Below, in pieces: positions 12,501-26,200 of a stretch of DNA of 64,000 bases (positions within the stretch are counted from its first letter, which is position 1; every line of letters begins with the position of its first letter). The stretch covers positions 2,418,001-2,482,000 of the forward strand of contig OZ210884.1 in assembly GCA_964658305.1 (NCBI GenBank), written 5' to 3'. The position numbers were made by a program, and so were the translations under genes. Source of the DNA: Leptogorgia sarmentosa. Taxonomy: Eukaryota. A model generated the notes under the pieces. It saw only the letters and a list, made by a program, of their open reading frames with translations. It had not been told where the DNA came from and ran no database searches.

Positions 12501-15132
12501 TATTTTTATCACAGGTTTACAAAATTTTCGCTGCACATTGCTCTTGGCATGGTGAATACGCATGGTAAATTTGGTGGCGACACCATTCAAAATGGAAGCC
12601 ACAGAAGCAATCAAGTCCCTTTACCTGGTATGGTATATTTGCTATTGCTCCTGTTTAGATTCCTTTGAAACAACGGGCTACCCATCATCATGCCCTTGCT
12701 CGTATTTTTATCACAGGTTTACGAAATTTTTGCTGCACATTGCTCTTGGCATGGTGAATACGCATGGTAAATTTGGTGGCGACACCATTCAAAATGGAAG
12801 CCAGAGAAGCAATCAAGTCCCTTCACCTGGTATGGTATATTTGCTATTGCTATTGCTCCTGTTGAGATTCCTTTGAAACAACGGGCTACCCATCATCATG
12901 CCCTTGCTCGTATTTTTATCACAGGTTTACGAAATTTTCGCTGCACATTGCTCTTGGCGATGGTGAATACGCATGGTAAATTTGGTGGCGACACCATTCA
13001 AAATGGAAGCCACAGAAGCAATCAAGTCCCTTCACCTGGTATGGTATACTTGCTGTTGCTATTGCTCCTGTTGAGATTCCTTTGAAACAACGGGCTACCC
13101 ATCATCATGCCCTTGCTCTTATTTTTATCACAGGTTTACGAAATTTTCGCTGCACATTGCTCTTGGCATGGTGAATTTGCATGGTAAATTTGGTGGCGAC
13201 ACCATTCAAAATGGAAGCCACAGAAGCAATCAAGTCCCTTCACCTGGTATGGTGTATTTGCTATTGCTCCTGTTGAGATTCCTTTGAAACAACGGGCTAC
13301 CCATCATCATGCCCTTGCTCGAATTTTTATCACGGGTTTACGAAATTTTCGTTGCACATTGCTCTTGGCATGGTGAATACGCATGGTAAATTTGGTGGCG
13401 ACACCATTCAAAATGGAAGCCACAGAAGCAATCAAGTCCCTTCACCTGGTATGGTATATTTGCTATTGCTCCTGTTGAGATTCCTTTGAAACAACGGGCT
13501 ACCCATCATCATGCCCTTGCTCGTATTTTTATCACAGGTTTACGAAATTTTTGCTGCACATTGCTCTTGGCATGGTGAATACGCATGGTAAATTTGGTGG
13601 CGACACCATTCAAAATGGAAGCCACAGAAGCAATCAAGTCCCTTCACCTGGTATGGTATATTTGCTATTGCTATTGCTCCTGTTGAGATTCCTTTGAAAC
13701 AACGGGCTACCCATCATCATGCCCTTGCTCGTATTTTTATCACAGGTTTACGAAATTTTCGTTGCACATTGCTCTTGGCATGGTGAATACGCATGGTAAA
13801 TTTGGTGGCGACACCATTCAAAATGGAAGCCACAGAAGCAATCAAGTCCCTTCACCTGGTATGGTATATTTGCTATTGCTATTGCTCCTGTTGAGATTCC
13901 TTTGAAACAACGGGCTACCCATCATCATGCCCTTGCTCGTATTTTTATCACAGGTTTACGAAATTTTCGCTGCTAATTGCTCTTGGCATGGTGAATAGGC
14001 ATGGTAAATTTGGTGGCGACACCATTCAAAATGGAAGCCACAGAAGCAATCAAGTCCCTTCACCTGGTATGGTATATTTGCTATTGCTCCTGTTGAGATT
14101 CCTTTGAAACAACGGGCTACCCATCACCATGCCCTTGCTCGTATTTTTATCACAGGTTTACGAAATTTTTGCTGCACATTGCTCTTGGCATGGCGAGTAC
14201 GCATGGTAAATTTGGTGGCGACACCATTCAAAATGGAAGCCACAGAAGCAATCAAATCCCTTCACCTGGTATGGTATATTTGCTATTGCTATTGCTCCTG
14301 TTGAGATTCCTTTGAAACAACGGGCTACCCATCATCATGCCCTTGCCCGTATTTTTATCACAGGTTTACGAAATTTTCGCTGCACATTGCTCTTGGCATG
14401 GTGAATACGCATGGTAAATTTGGTGGCGACACCATTCAAAATGGAAGCCACAGAAGCAATCAAGTCCCTTCACCTGGTATGGTATATTTGCTATTGCTCC
14501 TGTTTAGATTCCTTTGAAACATCGGGCTACCCATCATCATGCCCTTGCTCGTATTTTTATCACAGGTTTACGAAATTTTTGCTGCACATTGCTCTTGGCA
14601 TGGTGAATACGCATGGTAAATTTGGTGGCGACACCATTCAAAATGGAAGCCAGAGAAGCAATCAAGTCCCTTCACCTGGTATGGTATATTTGCTATTGCT
14701 CCTGTTGAGATTCCTTTGAAACAACGGGCTACCCATCATCATGCCCTTGCTCGTATTTTTATCACAGGTTTACGAAATTTTACCTGCACATTGCTCTTGG
14801 CATGGTAAAACCGATTGGTAAATTTGGTGGCGACACCATTCAAAATGGAAGCCACAGAAGCAATCAAGTCCCTTCACCTGGTATGGTATATTTGCTATTG
14901 CTATTGCTCCTGTTGAGATTCCGTTGAAACAACGGGCTACCCATCATCATGCCCTTGCTCGTATTTTTATCACAGGTTTACGAAATTTTCGCTGCACATT
15001 GCTCTTGGCGATGGTGAATACGCATGGTAAATTTGGTGGCGACACCATTCAAAATGGAAGCCACAGAAGCAATCAAGTCCCTTCACCTGGTATGGTATAT
15101 TTGCTATTGCTATTGCTCCTGTTGAGATTCCG
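5301..15132 (+). repeat. Large tandem block duplication (5301-10834 vs 10835-15132) with nested 5-mer (1016 bp) and 4-mer (823 bp) duplications
   Basis: Collinear variants at offsets 5534 (5301/10835), 5326 (5919/11245, 6935/12261, 7547/12873) and 4298 (9806/14104, 10626/14924). Internal offsets are 1016 (5919/6935, 11245/12261) and 823 (8576/9399, 8983/9806). Confidence 0.88.
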
Positions 15133-16579
15133 TTGAAACAACGGGCTACCCATCATCATGCCCTTGCTCGTATTTTTATCAAAGGTTTACGAAATTTTTG
15201 CTACAAATGGCTCTTGGCATGGCGAATACGCATGGTAAATTTGGTGGCGACACCATTCAAAATGGAAGCCACAGAAGCAATCAAGTCCCTTCACCTGGTA
15301 TGGTATATTTGCTATTACTATTGCTCCTGTTGAGATTCCTTTGAAACAACGGGCTACCCATCATCATGCCCTTGCTCGTATTTTTATCACAGGCTTACGG
15401 AATTTTCGCTGCACATTGCTCTTGGCGATGGTGAAACCGATTGGTAAATTTGGTGGCGACACCATTCAAAATGGAAGCCACAGAAGCAATCAAGTCCCTT
15501 CACCTGGTATGGTATATTTGCTATTGCTATTGCTCCTGTTGAGATTCCGTTGAAACAACGGGCTACCCATCATCATGCCCTTGCTCGTATTTTTATCACA
15601 GGTTTACGAAATTTTCGCTGCACATTGCTCTTGGCGATGGTGAATACGCATGGTAAATTTGGTGGCGACACCATTCAAAATGGAAGCCACAGAAGCAATC
15701 AAGTCCCTTCAACTGGTATGGTATATTTGCTATTGCTATTGCTCCTGTTGAGATTCCGTTGAAACAACGGGCTACCCATCATCATGCCCTTGCTCGTATT
15801 TTTATCAAAGGTTTACGAAATTTTTGCTACAAATGGCTCTTGGCATGGCGAATACGCATGGTAAATTTGGTGGCGACACCATTCAAAATGGAAGCCACAG
15901 AAGCAATCAAGTCCCTTCACCTGGTATGGTATATTTGCTATTGCTCCTGTTGAGATTCCTTTGAAACAACGGGCTACCCATCATCATGCCCTTGCTCGTA
16001 TTTTTATCACAGGTTTACGAAATTTTCGTTGCACATTGCTCTTGGCATGGTGAATACGCATGGTAAATTTGGTGGCGACACCATTCAAAATGGAAGCCAC
16101 AGAAGCAATCAAGTCCCTTCACCTGGTATGGTATATTTGCTATTACTATTGCTCCTGTTGAGATTCCTTTGAAACAACGGGCTACCCATCATCATGCCCT
16201 TGCTCGTATTTTTATCACAGGCTTACGGAATTTTGGCTGCACATTGCTCTTGGCGATGGTGAATACGCATGGTAAATTTGGTGGCGACACCATTCAAAAT
16301 GAAAGCCACAGAAGAAATCAAGTCCCTTCACCTGGTATGGTATATTTGCTATTGCTATTGCTCCTGTTGAGATTCCTTTCAAACAACGGGCTACCCATCA
16401 TCATGCCCTTGCTCGTATTTTTATCACAGGTTTACGAAATTTTCGCTGCACATTGCTCTTGGCATGGTGAATACGCATGGTAAATTTGGTGGCGACACCA
16501 TTCAAAATGGAAGCCACAGAAGCAATCAAGTCCCTTCACCTGGTATGGTATATCTGCTATTGCTCCTGTTGAGATTCCT

Positions 16580-19060
16580 TTGAAACAACGGGCTACCCAT
16601 CATCATGCCCTTGCTCGTATTTTTATCACAGGTTTACGAAATGTTTGCTGCACATTGCTCTTGGCATGGTGAATACGCATGGTAAATTTGGTGGCGACAC
16701 CATTCAAAATGGAAGCCACAGAAGCAATCAAGTCCCTTCACCTGGTATGGTATATCTGCTATTGCTCCTGTTGAGATTCCTTTGAAACAACGGGCTACCC
16801 ATCATCATGCCCTTGCTCGTATTTTTATCACAGGTTTACGAAATTTTCGCTGCACATTGCTCTTGGCATGGCGAATACGCATGGTAAATTTGGTGGCGAC
16901 ACCATTCAAAATGGAAGCCACAAAAGCAATCAAGTCCCTTCACCTGGTATGGTATATTTGCTGTTGCTATTGCTCCTGTTGAGATTCCTTTGAAACAACG
17001 GGCTACCCATCATCATGCCCTTGCTCGTATTTTTATCACAGGTTTACGAAATTTTCGCTACACATTGCTCTTGGCATGGTGAATACGCATGGTAAATTTG
17101 GTGGCGACACCATTCAAAATGGAAGCCACAGAAGCAATCAAGTCCCTTCACCTGGTATGGTATATTTGCTATTGCTATTGCTCCTGTTGAGATTCCTTTG
17201 AAACAACGGGCTACCCATCATCATGCCCTTGCTCGTATTTTTATCACAGGTTTACGAAATTTTCGCTGCACATTGCTCTTGGCATGGTGAATACGCATGG
17301 TAAATTTGGTGGCGACACCATTCAAAATGGAAGCCACAGAAGTAATCAAGTCCCTTCACCTGGTATGGTATATTTGCTATTGCTATTGCTCCTGTTGAGA
17401 TTGCTTTGAAACAACGGGCTACCCATCATCATGCCCTTGCTCGTATTTTTATCACAGGTTTACGAACTTTTCCCTGCACATTGCCCCTGGCATGGTGAAT
17501 ACGCATGGGAAATTTGGTGGCGACACCATTCAAAATGAAGCCACAGAAGCAATCAAGTCCCTTCACCTGGTATGGTATATTTGCTATTGCTATTGCTCCT
17601 GTTGAGATTCCTTTGAAACAACGTGCTACCCATCATCATGCCCTTGCTCGTATTTTTATCACAGGTTTACGAAATTTTCGCTGCACATTGCTCTTGGCGA
17701 TGGTGAATACGCATGGTAAATTTGGTGGCGACACCATTCAAAATGGAAGCCACAGAAGCAATCAAGTCCCTTCACCTGGTATGGTATATTTGCTATTGCT
17801 ATTGCTCCTGTTGAGATTCCTTTGAAACAACGGGCTACCCATCATCATGCCCTTGCTCGTATTTTTATCACAGGTTTACGGAATTTTCGCTGCACATTGC
17901 TCTTGGCGATGGTGAATACGCATGGTAAATTTGGTGGCGACACCGTTCAAAATGGAAGCCACAGAAGCAATCAAGTTCCTTCACCTGGTATGGTATATTT
18001 GCTATTGCTCCTGTTGAGATTCCTTTGAAACAACGGGCTACCCATCATCATGCCCTTGCTCGTATTTTTATCACAGGTTTACGAAATGTTTGCTGCACAT
18101 TGCTCTTGGCATGGTGAATACGCATGGTAAATTTGGTGGCGACACCATTCAAAATGGAAGCCACAGAAGCAATCAAGTCCCTTCACCTGGTATGGTATAT
18201 CTGCTATTGCTCCTGTTGAGATTCCTTTGAAACAACGGGCTACCCATCATCATGCCCTTGCTCGTATTTTTATCACAGGTTTACGAGATTTTCGCTGCAC
18301 ATTGCTCTTGGCATGGCGAATACGCATGGTAAATTTGGTGGCGACACCATTCAAAATGGAAGCCACAGAAGCAATCAAGTCCCTTCACCTGGTATGGTAT
18401 ATTTGCTGTTGCTATTGCTCCTGTTGAGATTCCTTTGAAACAACGGGCTACCCATCATCATGCCCTTGCTCGTATTTTTATCACAGGTTTACGAAATTTT
18501 CGCTACACATTGCTCTTGGCATGGTGAATACGCATGGTAAATTTGGTGGCGACACCATTCAAAATGGAAGCCACAGAAGCAATCAAGTCCCTTCACCTGG
18601 TATGGTATATTTGCTATTGCTATTGCTCCTGTTGAGATTCCTTTGAAACAACGGGCTACCCATCATCATGCCCTTGCTCGTATTTTTATCACAGGTTTAC
18701 GAAATTTTCGCTGCACATTGCTCTTGGCATGGTGAATACGCATGGTAAATTTGGTGGCGACACCATTCAAAATGGAAGCCACAGAAGTAATCAAGTCCCT
18801 TCACCTGGTATGGTATATTTGCTATTGCTATTGCTCCTGTTGAGATTGCTTTGAAACAACGGGCTACCCATCATCATGCCCTTGCTCGTATTTTTATCAC
18901 AGGTTTACGAAATTTTTGCTGCACATTGCTCTTGGCATGGTGAATACGCATGGTAAATTTGGTGGCGACACCATTCAAAATGGAAGCCACAGAAGTAATC
19001 AAGTCCCTTCACCTGGTATGGTATATTTGCTATTGCTATTGCTCCTGTTGAGATTGCTTT
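16580..19060 (+). repeat. Partial 7-mer duplication, 1445-bp period
   Basis: The series AAATGTTTGC/TATCTGC, GGCGAATAC/GCTGTTGC, CGCTACAC, GAAGTAATC/GATTGCTTTG is repeated. Offset 16782/18227 = 1445. Confidence 0.8.
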
Positions 19061-19266
19061 GAAACAACGGGCTACCCATCATCATGCCCTTGCTCGTATT
19101 TTTATCACAGGTTTACGAACTTTTCGCTGCACATTGCCCTTGGCATGGTGAATACGCATGGTAAATTTGGTGGCGACACCATTCAAAATGGAAGCCACAG
19201 AAGCAATCAAGTCCCTTCACCTGGTATGGTATATTTGCTATTGCTATTGCTCCTGTTGAGATTCCT

Positions 19267-22200
19267 TTGAAACAACGGGCTACCCGTCATCATGCCCTTG
19301 CTCGTATTTTTATCACAGGTTTACGGAATTTTCGCTACACATTGCTCTTGGCATGGTGAATACGCATGGTAAATTTGGTGGCGACACCATTAAATGGAAG
19401 CCACAGAAGCAATCAAGTCCCTTCACCTGGTATGGTATATTTGCTATTGCTATTGCTCCTGTTGAGATTCCTTTGAAACAACGTGCTACCCATCATCATG
19501 CCCTTGCTCGTATTTTTATCACAGGTTTACGAAATTTTCGCTGCACATTGCTCTTGGCGATGGTGAATACGCATGGTAAATTTGGTGGCGACACCATTCA
19601 AAATGGAAGCCACAGAAGCAATCAAGTCCCTTCACCTGGTATGGTATATTTGCTATTGCTATTGCTCCTGTTGAGATTCCTTTGAAACAACGGGCTACCC
19701 ATCATCATGCCCTTGCTCGTATTTTTATCACAGGTTTACGAAATTTTCGCTGCACATTGCTCTTGGCATGGTGAATACGCATGGTAAATTTGTTGGCGAC
19801 ACCATTCAAAATGGAAGCCACAGAAGCAATCAAGTCCCTTCACCTGGTATGGTATATTTGCTATTGCTATTGCTCCTGTTGAGATTCTTTGAAACAACGG
19901 GCTACCCATCATCATGCCCTTGTTCGTATTTTTATCACAGGTTTACGAAATTTTCGCTGCACATTGCTCTTGGCATGGTGAATACGCATGGTAAATTTGG
20001 TTGCGACACCATTCAAAATGGAAGCCACAGAAGCAATCAAGTCCCTTCACCTGGTATGGTATATTTGCTATTGCTATTGCTCCTGTTGAGATTCCTTTGA
20101 AACAACGTGCTACCCATCATCATGCCCTTGCTCGTATTTTTATCACAGGTTTACGAAATTTTCGCTGCACATTGCTCTTGGCGATGGTGAATACGCATGG
20201 TAAATTTGGTGGCGACACCATTCGAAATGGAAGCCACAGAAGCAATCAAGTCCCTTCACCTGGTATGGTATATTTGCTATTGCTATTGCTCCTGTTGAGA
20301 TTCCTTTGAAACAACGAGCTACCCATCACCATGCCCTTGCTCGTATTTTTATCACAGGTTTACGACATTTTCGCTGCACATTGCTCTTGGCATGGTGAAT
20401 ACGCATGGTAAATTTGGTTGCGACACCATTCAAAATGGAAGCCACAGAAGCAATCAAGTCCCTTCACCTGGTATGGTATATTTGCTATTGCTATTGCTCC
20501 TGTTGAGATTCCTTTGAAACAACGGGCTACCCATCATCATGCCCTTGCTCGTATTTTTATCACAGGTTTACGGAATTTTCGCTACACATTGCTCTTGGCA
20601 TGGTGAATACGCATGGTAAATTTGGTTGCGACACCATTCAAAATGGAAGCCACAGAAGCAATCAAGTCCCTTCACCTGGTATGGTATATTTGCTATTGCT
20701 ATTGCTCCTGTTGAGATTCCTTTGAAACAACGGGCTACCCATCATCATGCCCTTGCTCGTATTTTTATCACAGGTTTACGGTATTTTCGCTACACATTGC
20801 TCTTGGCATGGTGAATACGCATGGTAAATTTGGTGGCGACACCATTCAAAATGGAAGCCACAGAAGCAATCAAGTCCCTTCACCTGGTATGGTATATTTG
20901 CTGTTGCTATTGCTCCTGTTGAGATTCCTTTGAAACAACGGGCTACCCATCATCGTGCCCTTGCTCTTATTTTTATCACAGGTTTACGAAATTTTCGCTG
21001 CACATTGCTCTTGGCATGGTGAATACGCATGGTAAATTTGGTGACGACACCATTCAAAATGGAAGCCACAGAAGCAATCAAGTCCCTTCACCTGGTATGG
21101 TATATTTGCTATTGCTATTGCTCCTGTTGAGATTCCTTTGAAACAACGGGCTACCCGTCATCATGCCCTTGCTCGTATTTTTATCACAGGTTTACGGAAT
21201 TTTCGCTACACATTGCTCTTGGCATGGTGAATACGCATGGTAAATTTGGTGGCGACACCATTAAATGGAAGCCACAGAAGCAATCAAGTCCCTTCACCTG
21301 GTATGGTATATTTGCTATTGCTATTGCTCCTTTTGAGATTCCTTTGAAACAACGTGCTACCCATCATCATGCCCTTGCTCGTATTTTTATCACAGGTTTA
21401 CGGAATTTTCGCTACACATTGCTCTTGGCATGGTGAATACGCATGGTAAATTTGGTTGCGACACCATTCAAAATGGAAGCCACAGAAGCAATCAAGTCCC
21501 TTCACCTGGTATGGTATATTTGCTATTGCTATTGCTCCTGTTGAGATTCCTTTGAAACAACGGGCTACCCATCATCATGCCCTTGCTCGTATTTTTATCA
21601 CAGGTTTACGGTATTTTCGCTACACATTGCTCTTGGCATGGTGAATACGCATGGTAAATTTGGTGGCGACACCATTCAAAATGGAAGCCACAGAAGCAAT
21701 CAAGTCCCTTCACCTGGTATGGTATATTTGCTGTTGCTATTGCTCCTGTTGAGATTCCTTTGAAACAACGGGCTACCCATCATCGTGCCCTTGCTCTTAT
21801 TTTTATCACAGGTTTACGAAATTTTCGCTGCACATTGCTCTTGGCATGGTGAATACGCATGGTAAATTTGGTGACGACACCATTCAAAATGGAAGCCACA
21901 GAAGCAATCAAGTCCCTTCACCTGGTATGGTATATTTGCTATTGCTATTGCTCCTGTTGAGATTCCTTTGAAACAACGGGCTACCCGTCATCATGCCCTT
22001 GCTCGTATTTTTATCACAGGTTTACGGAATTTTCGCTACACATTGCTCTTGGCATGGTGAATACGCATGGTAAATTTGGTGGCGACACCATTAAATGGAA
22101 GCCACAGAAGCAATCAAGTCCCTTCACCTGGTATGGTATATTTGCTATTGCTATTGCTCCTGTTGAGATTCCTTTGAAACAACGTGCTACCCATCATCAT

Positions 22201-23213
22201 GCCCTTGCTCGTATTTTTATCACAGGTTTACGAAATTTTCGCTGCACATTGCTCTTGGCGATGGTGAATACGCATGGTAAATTTGGTGGCGACACCATTC
22301 AAAATGGAAGCCACAGAAGCAATCAAGTCGCTTCACCTGGTATGGTATATTTGCTATTGCTATTGCTCCTGTTGAGATTCCTTTGAAACAACGGGCTACC
22401 CATCATCATGCCCTTGCTCGTATTTTTATCACAGGTTTACGAAATTTTCGCTGCACATTGCTCTTGGCTTGGTGAATACGCATGGTAAATTTGTTGGCGA
22501 CACCATTCAAAATGGAAGCCACAGAAGCAATCAAGTCCCTTCACCTGGTATGGTATATTTGCTATTGCTATTGCTCCTGTTGAGATTCTTTGAAACAACG
22601 GGCTACCCATCATCATGCCCTTGTTCGTATTTTTATCACAGGTTTACGAAATTTTCGCTGCACATTGCTCTTGGCATGGTGAATACGCATGGTAAATTTG
22701 GTTGCGACACCATTCAAAATGGAAGCCACAGAAGCAATCAAGTCCCTTCACCTGGTATGGTATATTTGCTATTGCTATTGCTCCTGTTGAGATTCCTTTG
22801 AAACAACGTGCTACCCATCATCATGCCCTTGCTCGTATTTTTATCACTGGTTTACGAAATTTTCGCTGCACATTGCTCTTGGCGATGGTGAATACGCATG
22901 GTAAATTTGGTGGCGACACCATTCGAAATGGAAGCCACAGAAGCAATCAAGTCCCTTCACCTGGTATGGTATATTTGCTATTGCTATTGCTCCTGTTGAG
23001 ATTCCTTTGAAACAACGAGCTACCCATCATCATGCCCTTGCTCGTATTTTTATCACAGGTTTACGACATTTTCGCTGCACATTGCTCTTGGCATGGCGAA
23101 TACGCATGGTAAATTTGGTGGCGACACCATTCAAAATGGAAGCCACAGAAGCAATCAAGTCCCTTCACCTGGTATGGTATATTTGCTATTGCTATTGCTC
23201 CTGTTGAGATTCT
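19267..23213 (+). repeat. 13-mer (2701 bp) period with a nested 4-mer (830 bp) duplication
   Basis: Offsets 19353/22054, 19768/22469 and 20001/22702 = 2701; 20626/21456 and 21224/22054 = 830. Markers: TACCCGTC, CACCATTAAATGG, CAACGTGC, GGTTGCGAC. Confidence 0.85.
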
Positions 23214-26200
23214 TTGAAACAACGGGCTACCCATCATCATGCCATTGCTCGTATTTTTATCACAGGTTTACGACATTTTCGCTGCACATTGCTCTTGGCG
23301 ATGGTGAATACGCATGGTAAATTTGGTGGCGACACCATTCAAAATGGAAGCCACAGAAGCAATCAAGTCCCTTCACCTGGTATGGTATATTTGCTATTGC
23401 TATTGCTCCTGTTGAGATTCCTTTGAAACAACGGGCTACCCATCATCATGCCCTTGCTCGTATTTTTATCACAGGTTTACGAAATTTTCGCTGCACATTG
23501 CTCTTGGCTTGGTGAATACGCATGGTAAATTTGTTGGCGACACCATTCAAAATGGAAGCCACAGAAGCAATCAAGTCCCTTCACCTGGTATGGTATATTT
23601 GCTATTGCTATTGCTCCTGTTGAGATTCTTTGAAACAACGGGCTACCCATCATCATGCCCTTGTTCGTATTTTTATCACAGGTTTACGAAATTTTCGCTG
23701 CACATTGCTCTTGGCATGGTGAATACGCATGGTAAATTTGGTTGCGACACCATTCAAAATGGAAGCCACAGAAGCAATCAAGTCCCTTCACCTGGTATGG
23801 TATATTTGCTATTGCTATTGCTCCTGTTGAGATTCCTTTGAAACAACGTGCTACCCATCATCATGCCCTTGCTCGTATTTTTATCACAGGTTTACGAAAT
23901 TTTCGCTGCACATTGCTCTTGGCGATGGTGAATACGCATGGTAAATTGGGTGGCGACACCATTCAAAATGGAAGCCACAGAAGCAATCAAGTCCCTTCAC
24001 CTGGTATGGTATATTTGCTATTGCTATTGCTCCTGTTGAGATTCCTTTGAAACAACGAGCTACCCATCATCATGCCCTTGCTCGTATTTTTATCACAGGT
24101 TTACGACATTTTCGCTGCATATTGCTCTTGGCATGGTGAATACGCATGGTAAATTTGGTTGCGACACCATTCAAAATGGAAGCCACAGAAGCAATCAAGT
24201 GCCTTCACCTGGTATGGTATATTTGCTATTGCTATTGCTCCTGTTGAGATTCCTTTGAAACAACGGGCTACCCATCATCATGCCCTTGCTCGTATTTTTA
24301 TCACAGGTTTACGGAATTTTCGCTACACATTGCTCTTGGCATGGTGAATACGCATGGTAAATTTGGTTGCGACACCATTCAAAATGGAAGCCACAGAAGC
24401 AATCAAGTCCCTTCACCTGGTATGGTATATTTGCTATTGCTATTGCTCCTGTTGAGATTCCTTTGAAACAACGGGCAACCATCATCATGCCCTTGCTCTT
24501 ATTTTTATCACAGGTTTACGAAATTTTCGCTGCACATTGCTCTTGGCATGGTGAATACGCATGGTAAATTTGGTGGCGACACCATTCAAAATGGAAGCCA
24601 CAGAAGCAATCAAGTCCCTTCACCTGGTATGGTATATTTGCTATTGCTATTGCTCCTTTTGAGATTCCGTTGAAACAACGGGCTACCCATCATCATGCCC
24701 TTGCTCGTATTTTTATCACAGGTTTACGAAATTTTCGCTGCACATTGCTCTTGGCGATGGTGAATACGCATGGTAAATTTGGTGGCGACACCATTCAAAA
24801 TGGAAGCCACAGAAGCAATCAAGTCCCTTCACCTGGTATGGTATATTTGCTATTGCTATTGCTCCTGTTGAGATTGCTTTGAAACAACGGGCTACCCATC
24901 ATCATGCCCTTGCTCGTATTTTTATCACAGGTTTACGAACTTTTCCCTGCACATTGCCCCTGGCATGGTGAATACGCATGGTAAATTTGGTGGCGGCACC
25001 ATTCAAAATGGAAGCCACAGAAGCAATCAAGTCCCTTCACCTGGTATGGTATATTTGCTATTGCTATTGCTCCTGTTGAGATTCCTTTGAAACAACGGGC
25101 TACCCATCATCATGCCCTTGCTCGTATTTTTATCACAGGTTTACGACATTTTCGCTGCACATTGCTCTTGGCGATGGTGAATACGCATGGTAAATTTGGT
25201 GGCGACACCATTCAAAATGGAAGCCACAGAAGCAATCAAGTCCCTTCACCTGGTATGGTATATTTGCTATTGCTATTGCTCCTGTTGAGATTCCGTTGAA
25301 ACAACGGGCTACCCATCATCATGCCCTTGCTCGTATTTTTATCACAGGTTTACGGAATTTTCGCTGCACATTGCTCTTGGCGATGGTGAATACGCATGGT
25401 AAATTTGGTGGCGACACCATTCAAAATGGAAGCCACAGAAGCAATCAAGTCCCTTCACCTGGTATGGTATATTTGCTATTGCTATTGCTCCTGTTGAGAT
25501 TGCTTTGAAACAACGGGCTACCCATCATCATGCCCTTGCTCGTATTTTTATCACAGGTTTACGAACTTTTCCCTGCACATTGCCCCTGGCATGGTGAATA
25601 CGCATGGTAAATTTGGTGGCGACACCATTCAAAATGGAAGCCACAGAAGCAATCAAGTCCCTTCACCTGGTATGGTATATTTGCTATTGCTATTGCTCCT
25701 GTTGAGATTCCTTTGAAACAACGGGCTACCCATCATCATGCCCTTGCTCGTATTTTTATCACAGGTTTACGACATTTTCGCTGCACATTGCTCTTGGCGA
25801 TGGTGAATACGCATGGTAAATTTGGTGGCGACACCATTCAAAATGGAAGCCACAGAAGCAATCAAGTCCCTTCACCTGGTATGGTATATTTGCTATTGCT
25901 ATTGCTCCTGTTGAGATTCCGTTGAAACAACGGGCTACCCATCATCATGCCCTTGCTCGTATTTTTATCACAGGTTTACGGAATTTTCGCTGCACATTGC
26001 TCTTGGCGATGGTGAATACGCATGGTAAATTTGGTGGCGACACCATTCAAAATGGAAGCCACAGAAGCAATCAAGTCCCTTCACCTGGTATGGTATATTT
26101 GCTATTGCTATTGCTCCTGTTGAGATTGCTTTGAAACAACGGGCTACCCATCATCATGCCCTTGCTCGTATTTTTATCACAGGTTTACGAACTTTTCCCT

